Shown here: positions 28,178 to 36,105 of the stretch, piece after piece
Numbering within the stretch: position 1 is the first letter of the stretch
Layout: the number at the start of each line of letters is the position of its first letter
DNA from: Lingula anatina
Taxonomy: Eukaryota; Animalia; Brachiopoda
Direction of reading: 5' to 3'
Length of the DNA stretch: 64,000 bases
NCBI GenBank assembly: GCA_051362555.1
Contig: CM120641.1
Span: 21,018,001 to 21,082,000, forward strand
Notes under the pieces: generated by a model
The model's database searches: none
The model's input: the letters and a program-made list of their open reading frames with translations, nothing else
Told to the model about the DNA's origin: nothing
Translations under genes and position numbers: made by a program

Positions 28178-28479
28178 GGCCGCATTCACATCGAGTTGAG
28201 CCATGGCTCTACAAAGCCACAACCTAAATATGGCGGACGTACATGAAAGGAAAACCGCCTAATCTTTTAATAGTCTCTCCACCTCTCACACACCTCCCCA
28301 TGTGTCATCCCAATGGAGCCGAGATTTAATGACTGTACCCCCGCAGGGACGACGTATGGGGAGGCGTGTGAGAGATGGAGAGACTATTAAAAGATTAGGC
28401 AGTTTTCCTTTCATGTACATCCGCCATATTTAGGTAGTGGCTTTGTAGAGCCATGGCTCAACTCGATGTGAATGTGGCC
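28178..28479. mobile_element. PIF/Harbinger-like MITE, almost entirely palindromic
   Basis: Arms of about 130 bp starting ggcc(g/a)cattcacatcgagttgagccatggctctacaaagcc; TTA on both sides. Confidence 0.92.
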
Positions 28480-28545
28480 TTATAAAGATCAATGTCAAAC
28501 TTCTCCCTTATCAAAATAATTATCTTAATCATGACACTGAATATA

Positions 28546-28689
28546 TGTAAGGGGGTAATTAACTATCGTTTAGCAGTTTCAGTAGGCGTGCCAGACATCT
28601 AAGCTGCCTAAGCTGAATGTAATTTAGCGAGAATCTCCTCAGAGATGGGTCGATCCTGCTAGATCAATCTAGGTATGGAAATGGGGTCA
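28546..28689. mobile_element. Partial diverged copy of the 26455/38789 MITE family
   Basis: tgtaagggggtaattaact...atttagcg.gaatc...tagatcaatcta..tatggaaatggggtc. Confidence 0.6.
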
Positions 28690-29330
28690 AGAACATAAAT
28701 AATGTTATATTTCTCTTAAGCTTTCTTTTTTTTAAATGCCTCACAGCATATCTTGAAAATTCTAAATGCCAGTCAAATCAGGTGGCCATTTAAGTGTGAC
28801 CTTTTGACAGGATGCATGAAAAAATAGCAAGAAATCAATCTCACTGTCATAAGCTATTGAGAATGCAAGCACAATTAAACACACAAAATGAATATGTTCA
28901 CTGAAATCAAAAAAGGTGAGTATGAACTACAATATACACTGCCTTATACATTAGATCTACAGGAGAAAAAGCAACTAACCATAAATTAAACAAGTCATTT
29001 CCTTGAGCAAATACTATCTTTTTCAGAACTTCTAATATGACACCTTCCCATTTTTTTACAAAGCAAAATAGTTGATCCAACCCCCACTGCTTGCCAAATG
29101 GGGGGGGGAGGGGGGTTGGATCAGTGCATTGATATTTTAGCTGTCTTCCTTTTTGCTATATGAAAAAAAAAAAACGTACAAAATCTGTAGTTATAGTTCA
29201 AAGATCAAAATGCAAACAGCTATCTCAAGTTCTTCAGAGTTGTCTAACAGACATCTTGTCAATCTTCTTCAATATATATAAACTGATACTACACAATGTT
29301 TTATCTTAGTGCACTGAATATATACATGTA

Positions 29331-29566
29331 CTTAAACCACGGCTAGCACATAGAACAAAAGACTTGGCCGTGCTGTATTCGACATACAAGCACATCATGT
29401 ACAAGTGCGTTCCACGGTATGTTGCACTTCCGTTACTCCATAGGGTAGTAGCCAATCAGAGGCCGTGGTTTAAGCCAGATACAACACTTGTCACCAAGCT
29501 GTACGTGAAAATTACTTGCCTGCAGCTCGTACTATTTCACATACCGCTCGGCAACTCGTATTGTAT
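29331..29566. repeat. Double-hairpin non-coding repeat interrupted at its right end by the retrotransposon
   Basis: Perfect 13-bp inverted repeat cttaaaccacggc (29331-29343 / 29462-29474), then a 31-bp imperfect inverted repeat (29480-29510 / 29535-29565, 23 of 31 matching). Confidence 0.7.
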
Positions 29567-29776
29567 GTACCCTTTCCCTTTGGGAATGGTATTTAAAACC
29601 ACCACTAGAGGGACGCCTAGGCTGTGGGCTCGGGATTGGTCAGCCAGCTCACGTGGCGCATTCAAAATAATTGGCAGTTAGAGCCTGGCAGCCGTTAAAG
29701 CTGGACAGCGTGTAAGGGCGCTCGAGCCCATTTTGCTTCAATTAAAAGCGGCTTAAGCATAAGCGTAGAAGATTTT
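29567..29776 (+). repeat. Split direct repeat A1
   Basis: gtaccctttccc...gtagaagatttt, identical to 33836-34045. Confidence 0.97.
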
Positions 29777-29796
29777 TTGTTCTTTTCTCCCTGACA

Positions 29797-30906
29797 ATGG
29801 CTGAAGAATTCCAGTCTTGGGTGGAGGCTAACGAGCTCTCGGAAGACACGGTAGAAATCTTAAAGGATGCAGGATTCTTCTCACTCAGGAGTTGCAAGAA
29901 ACTCACAGAGCCACTCATTCAAAGACATTTCAGTAAATCTCTACCGCTGGCTCAGATCCTCCTTCTCCAAGATGCGGTGCTTACCCTACAACAAAAACAT
30001 AGTGCTCAGCCACAGAACAACCAGAGTCCAGCTACGTCTAACAGTGTGTCTGCTGCAACCTCTACTCCCGAAACTGGAGACAAGAAAACCCAAGACGAGG
30101 CCCCAGCCATCTTGCCAGGGACATCCGGGACCCCTAATATGGCGGCCCCCAGCGCGCAAACTGAAACAGGAAACACCGGGGACCTCGATTACACCAGGTT
30201 ATGCCAACTACTAGACATTGGGAACGGGAATGGGAATCAACCAAACACAGTTCATCAGAGAGAGCACGACGGTAAGGGGATTTTTGATCCTTTTTCAACT
30301 CCTGATAGACAAAGAAAACTTAACAAGCATCGCGACATACGTAGCTATGTAATGTTTGCAGACAAATTTGAAGCGAAAAGTGACACACCAGTCCGTATTG
30401 GCGATTTACAACTTTCCCTCTCCGACAGAAAACTTCCCCTGGAGCGCATTTCCCCACTGCAATACACAGAAGCGTCGATGAAAATATTAAGGGAAATGGT
30501 GGCCGACGACGGCGCGGACATTCAAACAGTCATGGACTACACCAGCTACGTGACAAAAGTGGCATGCATGGGTCAATCTTTTAATTGGCAATCAGTCTTA
30601 CGCTTCGACGCAGAGTATAGGAAATCTCAGAGCGAGATGGGATTTCCATGGGGAACCGACAGCCCCTTTCTCATGCAGGTGTTGTTAAAACCGAATTCAA
30701 CCCAACCAACAACCAGAGGGAAACAAACAAAATTGGACACAGCGACGGGTCGACCCATTTGTATGAAATTTAACGGTCGCCAGGGCTGCTCTTTCCCGAA
30801 CTGCCGTTATGCTCACGCGTGTGTAGCCTGTTCCAGTACTACTCATGGGGAATACACGCACAAGCAGCAAGGGACCAGTCCCACAGCAAGAAATCCTTCG
30901 CATTGA
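29797..30906 (+). CDS. Gag-like ORF1 (369 aa) with C-terminal Cys/His zinc finger
   Basis: Good Kozak context acaATGG; WQSVLRFDAEYRK..W motif and CMKFNGRQGCSFPNCRYAHACVACSSTTH, typical of DIRS/Ngaro Gag; helical SAM-like N terminus (by eye). Confidence 0.9.
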   Translation: MAEEFQSWVEANELSEDTVEILKDAGFFSLRSCKKLTEPLIQRHFSKSLPLAQILLLQDAVLTLQQKHSAQPQNNQSPATSNSVSAATSTPETGDKKTQDEAPAILPGTSGTPNMAAPSAQTETGNTGDLDYTRLCQLLDIGNGNGNQPNTVHQREHDGKGIFDPFSTPDRQRKLNKHRDIRSYVMFADKFEAKSDTPVRIGDLQLSLSDRKLPLERISPLQYTEASMKILREMVADDGADIQTVMDYTSYVTKVACMGQSFNWQSVLRFDAEYRKSQSEMGFPWGTDSPFLMQVLLKPNSTQPTTRGKQTKLDTATGRPICMKFNGRQGCSFPNCRYAHACVACSSTTHGEYTHKQQGTSPTARNPSH

Positions 30907-32538
30907 CAAACGCCCGCCGCAAAAGAATCTCCGCTGCACAAAAACATTGAAAAATGGGAAAAGGAACTACAAGGAGATACAGACTATGCTTTTATAATTA
31001 ATGGTATTCGGGAGGGCTTCCGAATAGTCGACGATTTAGATCTGGATCGCATCACGAGAACTGAAGTAGAAAACAGTAGATCCGCCACTTGCGAAGCTTT
31101 CAAGCATAAAGTTGAGACTCAAATAAAAACAGAAATAGAGGAGGGTCACTATATTGAACCAGAACTCCAGCCTACGATAATTAGTGCAATTTCCGCAGTG
31201 CCAAAACCTGACGGCGGCATCCGTCTTATTCATGATTACAGCAGACCTGAAGGGGCAGCAGTAAACGATTACGCAACAAAACAAACATTTCGATACGAGA
31301 CTATACGGTCGGCACTGGATAAGATTAAACCAGGATATTTTCTCAGCAAAGTTGACCTCCACTCAGCATATAGAACTGTCGCGTTACACCCTTCCCAGTT
31401 AACCCTTACTGGGCTTAAATGGAACTTTGCTGGTTCAACTCAGCCAAGGACTTTAGTGGACACGAGACTCCCATTCGGGGCCCGCAAAAGCCCCGAAATT
31501 TTTCACCGGTTAACACAAGCGGTAAAGCGGATGATGGAGAAACGAGGCTTCCACGTCGCAGTTTATTTAGATGACTTTTTGGTTATAGGAGAGACATTTG
31601 AACGATGCAAGCAGGCTTATAGCACATTAATCAATCTTTTAAGACTCCTGGGTTTTGGCATCAACTGGAAAAAAGTCTGTGACCCAACGACTCGCCTAAC
31701 GTTTCTAGGCATCGTCATAGATACTGTTGAAGGCGTACTCTCTTTAGAGGAACAAAAAGTTCGCGACTTACTCCGCTTGATCCAAACATTTCAAAGCCGC
31801 GTGCGCGCCAGCAGACGTCAGCTTGAATCCCTGGCCGGGAAGTTAGTCTGGGCATCGAACGTCATCCCATGGGGTAGAACACACGTGCGAAATATATTTA
31901 ACTCCATAGCTTCACTGAAAAGAGCCAGTCATAAGTGCAAGCTAAACCCATTACGTAAAGACCTCCTTTGGTGGAGCAAGTGGCTCATCACGAGAAACAA
32001 TACAAAACTCATATGGGACGCGCGACCGATTCAACAGGTGTATACCGACTCCAGCATCACAGCAGGTGGAGCGTTCTACTGCGGAGATTGGTTTTACACT
32101 AACTGGATACAGGACGCTCCTCACCAGTTAGGGGGTGAACACATTAATGTCAAGGAATTAGCATCCATCGTCCTGGCTGCGTACAGGTGGTCCCCGCTGT
32201 GGAAGGCACAACGCGTCATTGTTTACACTGATAGTGAAGTGGCAATGAACATTTTAAATAAAGGGGCTTCGCCAAACACCGCCTGCAACAACCTTCTTAA
32301 GGAATTATCTCTCCTAGCGCTGAAATATGACTTTTCAATTTATGCGATCCATATCGCCGGGGAAGAAAATAAAATGGCCGATTCCGTGTCACGAATGCAT
32401 GAGCCAGAACATTGCTCTCTTTTCCTCGAATTAGTCCATCACTGGTATTTAAGCTTACACAGACAGCCGCCAGTGTATTTTCTGCAAGACCATATGACTA
32501 ATTCCTCTTTTTCTTTTCTTTATCCCAGGCTCCGATAG
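30907..32538 (+). CDS. Reverse transcriptase / RNase H (543 codons, no initiator ATG, same frame as gag)
   Basis: Frame is open from the codon after the gag TGA: QTPAAK..WEKEL..FIINGIREGFRI..AVPKPDGGIRLIHDYS..KVDLHSAYR..LPFG..YLDDF..FLG; RNase H VYTDSS, HINVKEL, YTDS, HIAGEENKMADSVSR. Confidence 0.93.
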   Translation, partial: QTPAAKESPLHKNIEKWEKELQGDTDYAFIINGIREGFRIVDDLDLDRITRTEVENSRSATCEAFKHKVETQIKTEIEEGHYIEPELQPTIISAISAVPKPDGGIRLIHDYSRPEGAAVNDYATKQTFRYETIRSALDKIKPGYFLSKVDLHSAYRTVALHPSQLTLTGLKWNFAGSTQPRTLVDTRLPFGARKSPEIFHRLTQAVKRMMEKRGFHVAVYLDDFLVIGETFERCKQAYSTLINLLRLLGFGINWKKVCDPTTRLTFLGIVIDTVEGVLSLEEQKVRDLLRLIQTFQSRVRASRRQLESLAGKLVWASNVIPWGRTHVRNIFNSIASLKRASHKCKLNPLRKDLLWWSKWLITRNNTKLIWDARPIQQVYTDSSITAGGAFYCGDWFYTNWIQDAPHQLGGEHINVKELASIVLAAYRWSPLWKAQRVIVYTDSEVAMNILNKGASPNTACNNLLKELSLLALKYDFSIYAIHIAGEENKMADSVSRMHEPEHCSLFLELVHHWYLSLHRQPPVYFLQDHMTNSSFSFLYPRLR

Positions 32539-33496
32539 ACTGAGACAATAACTAGATAATGAAGTGAACTTCTGGAGAGCTCAACTTTTCTCGGCCTCTG
32601 CTAAATCAACTTATAGATCACATCTAAGAGCTTATATCAAGTTCTGTGAGGAAATTAACTGTAAACCGATTCCTATATCCCCCACCAACATCTGCAGATA
32701 CGCCGCTTACCGGGCACGATCGTGCGCTTTCTCATCTCTTCGGCAGTACCTAAATATCGTCCGGATCATCCACACGGATTTCGGACTTCCTAACCCTCTG
32801 TGTTCGTGGGAGCTGAAGACGACTCTAGGTGGTATAAAGAGACACAAAGGAGATCCGGGCTCTCAGAAAGCACCCATCCTACCACCACAGCTTTTAAACC
32901 TACGATCATTCCTCAACCTGAACGATTTAGAACAAGCACAGACGTGGGCAGCTTGTCTGATCGCTTTCTTTGGAATGCTCAGAGTTAGCAATATTACGGC
33001 CCGGTCTCAGACAGATAGCGGCCTATCTATATGTCGCCGCGACTTGACATTTACAAAACGTGGATGCACCCTAAGAGTAACCAAATCGAAAAACAATCAG
33101 TACGGCCAGAGAACCCATATCGTTACACTCCCCTTTCGTCACGGCAGCCCTTTATGCCCCACAACAGCGCTGACAAATTTTCTGAAGATGTCCATGGACG
33201 TCCCGGAATCTGCGCCGCTCCTTGCCACTTCTTACAACGGAGAGACCACTCTCCTCACATCGGCAGGCTTTCGTCAAAAACTTGCACGGTCACTTCGAGG
33301 GATCGGACTTTCCACCGCGACGTACAATACTCACAGTCTCCGCAGGGGAGGAGCTACGTGGCTTCTTTCTATCGGTACTCCTTTAGCGATGGTGAAGGCC
33401 ATGGGAGACTGGTCTAGTGACGCGGTATTCCAATACATCAAACCCTCGGCGGATATGAAATACGATGTAATGGTGGGAGCGCTGAAGAAAGTTTGA
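32529..33496 (+). CDS. Tyrosine recombinase (phage-integrase family); no ATG, in-frame TAA at 32549-32551
   Basis: Catalytic set intact: FFGMLRVSN (R), KSKNNQ (K), HSLRRGGA (HxxR), GDWSS (W), FQYI (Y). Preceded by a strong splice acceptor ending at 32528. Confidence 0.92.
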
Positions 33497-33654
33497 ACTT
33501 ATAGTTAAATTATGAAAAACTTAAAGTAGTGGACTGGAAATTAACAACTTGTGACTGCCCCCAAAGACGAGGTCCACTGTTATATGTCTAGATGGCAGTT
33601 TTTAAGTGCAATTACGTCTATTTTCATTTTCACTCACCTACTCATACTCTGGGT

Positions 33655-33835
33655 TGGGAATTTTGAACAGCTGCAATTAGTAATATTGCTACCTGTATCT
33701 AAGGGTTGCAACTCATTAACATACGGGTTGATGTACTGTGTTGAAGTAGTTAACGTTTACTGTAGTTATGTAATTTTATGTAAACTTTTATGTAGTTTAA
33801 TAAACTTTTAAGCCCGATAGTGGTTCTGGTTTTAA
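33655..33835 (+). repeat. Split direct repeat B1 (AATAAA at 33799-33804)
   Basis: tgggaattttgaacag...ggttctggttttaa, identical to 34154-34334. Confidence 0.97.
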
Positions 33836-34045
33836 GTACCCTTTCCCTTTGGGAATGGTATTTAAAACCACCACTAGAGGGACGCCTAGGCTGTGGGCTC
33901 GGGATTGGTCAGCCAGCTCACGTGGCGCATTCAAAATAATTGGCAGTTAGAGCCTGGCAGCCGTTAAAGCTGGACAGCGTGTAAGGGCGCTCGAGCCCAT
34001 TTTGCTTCAATTAAAAGCGGCTTAAGCATAAGCGTAGAAGATTTT
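33836..34045 (+). repeat. Split direct repeat A2, abutting B1
   Basis: Identical to 29567-29776; followed by the pyrimidine motif cccaccctcccgtccctc. Confidence 0.97.
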
Positions 34046-34153
34046 CCCACCCTCCCGTCCCTCATATGGGCGGAAGGCGCATCTTACATTTGCATTGTAC
34101 ACATTTTGCGTACATGATCTTCATTTAATTTTTAAACATTTGCGCTTAGTAAA

Positions 34154-34334
34154 TGGGAATTTTGAACAGCTGCAATTAGTAATATTGCTACCTGTATCTA
34201 AGGGTTGCAACTCATTAACATACGGGTTGATGTACTGTGTTGAAGTAGTTAACGTTTACTGTAGTTATGTAATTTTATGTAAACTTTTATGTAGTTTAAT
34301 AAACTTTTAAGCCCGATAGTGGTTCTGGTTTTAA
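34154..34334 (+). repeat. Split direct repeat B2 (element 3' end; AATAAA at 34298-34303)
   Basis: Identical to 33655-33835. Confidence 0.97.
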
Positions 34335-35724
34335 CTATCACAAATATGCCAATGGGTAATCAGGTATCATATATGTCTTCTGGTTTTGGCTTATTAAGGT
34401 TACAGATAGGGTTTCTGATAATCAAAACACCTAAAATGAGTTTTTCGTGCATCTAATTATTCAATAAAAGGAGGGTGCATGTACATATTGGGGGGTTCTA
34501 ATTATTCAATAATGTATCTACCAAAACAAAAAAATCTCCTTGAAAATATAAAGTATGAGCGTTTATGTTTTCCATATCAAGCACTTCCAAGGTTTATCCT
34601 AAATTTAACAGCTTTCCATTTTCAGGTAAGATAGCAATTGGTAGAGGACATAACTTCATCCCTGAACAAGATTTTATCACGAAAATTGGCATAGGTGACA
34701 TTAAGTATATGGACTTCAATCTCTTGCTGTAAATTTGATTAAAATGTTTTTTGTCAGGAGTTATTAGCCTCTAATTACACAATGTGTCATTGAGCAAAGG
34801 CCTAATTTGCCTTGCCAATGATAAAATCTGAACTAAGGCTTTTAAAAAAAATCACAGGCAGGGTTTTGAAGTGCTCAGTGGTGTTGAAATGGTGTTTGCA
34901 GGTACTCAAGTGAAGGAGTGGGCAGCAGATTTGTCCATTTTTATCCCAATATCACAAATATGAGGCTATCAGTAAAAAGTGATTTAGGTAAATGCAAAGT
35001 AATTAAGTCAGTGGACACTGAAGACTTATCTATTATGCAAAAGTTGAAAACATGTACATGAAGACAGTAATTTACTGGTAGGTGTTTTTGTCTAACCCTG
35101 TCTGCAACCTTAAGCACTAACATAACGCACACAGTGCTAAAATCTTTTATGTCAGGAACATAGATGTTTTAAGCTTATCTTTTTGACCAAAAAACAACTG
35201 TTAACTTCTTAACGTTAAACAACCACTTAATATGACGCAAGAAAACAGTTGTTTTTGACTATTTCTTTTGGCAAATAAACTGATATTAATGACTTACTGC
35301 TATACAACCTCTCTGCTGCCCTTACATACCTACAAGCCAACCTCCACTCTCAGATTGCAGGTAAAATTTCAATAAATGGCAGATTAGCTCCTCCATGTCC
35401 AGCCTCGCTTGGCTTTTAGCAGCCATAACAACAGTCTAATTGGTTCATTTACACCAGGAGATTTCTCCTGGGAAGGCTTGTAATTATGTAATTAATTCAA
35501 TCACTGATTTTCTGGCTTCTGTTGTTAACAATGTCTCAATGTACCTGTGTAACCTGTGAAACCATTAGAGTTCAGAGCTACCATCACAATAATATTTACA
35601 AAAAAAAAAAAAAAAAAAAAAAAACATTAACATTAACAATGCAGTCCCCTATTTTTTAATTCATATACCAAGAGAAATGGCAGCCTGAATTCCACCAGTC
35701 ACTGGGAACTTATCTCTCTCTTAT

Positions 35725-36105
35725 GCCCCTATTTCACACAGACCACGAATCCCACGAATCGCCAGGAACTGACAAATTTCAGGATTCGTGGTTGAATCGT
35801 AATCAGTTCGTGAAGTTCTTAACAGATTCGTATATAATCGTAGTCAGTTTTTGCAATTCTTGATTAATTGGGAATTCGTGGCAAAAATTTTGAGCTGTTC
35901 AAAATTTTGGCCACGAACTCCCAATTCCAAAAAATCGTAGTGAATTTTTTTACTTTAATCGTGCGATTCCAGCCGAAACCCATGAATATTCGTAACACTA
36001 TCACATCTGTATCGTAACTGAATCGTAGAGCGTGTCGAATTAAGCCAGAAAATTTGCAAAATCTCACGAATCCTCACGAATCCTGACATTTGTCAACATT
36101 TGTCA
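35725..36105. mobile_element. Truncated non-autonomous DNA transposon (Harbinger-like end) rich in ACGAAT/ATTCGT motifs
   Basis: Starts gcccctatttcacacag; many cacgaat/attcgt/atcgta copies; CpG-rich against the background; second TIR not found. Confidence 0.55.

Larger units (their letters stand above)
29567..34334 (+). mobile_element. Full-length tyrosine-recombinase retrotransposon (DIRS order, Ngaro-type, split direct repeats A1-gag-RT/RH-YR-B1-A2-B2)
   Basis: Gag zinc finger, RT YLDD, RNase H and YR motifs; A = 210 bp twice, B = 181 bp twice, both identical by eye; no TSD; no methyltransferase domain after RNase H, which favours Ngaro over DIRS1/PAT. Confidence 0.95.

Noticed and set aside
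31198-32566. GTG starts given for RT (31198) and YR (32564) in the ORF track
   Set aside because: Prokaryote-style start calls; protein-like sequence extends upstream of both, and this is eukaryotic DNA.
33551-34310. Two ORFs with identical C termini (GNFEQLQLVILL...)
   Set aside because: Chance reading of repeats B1 and B2.
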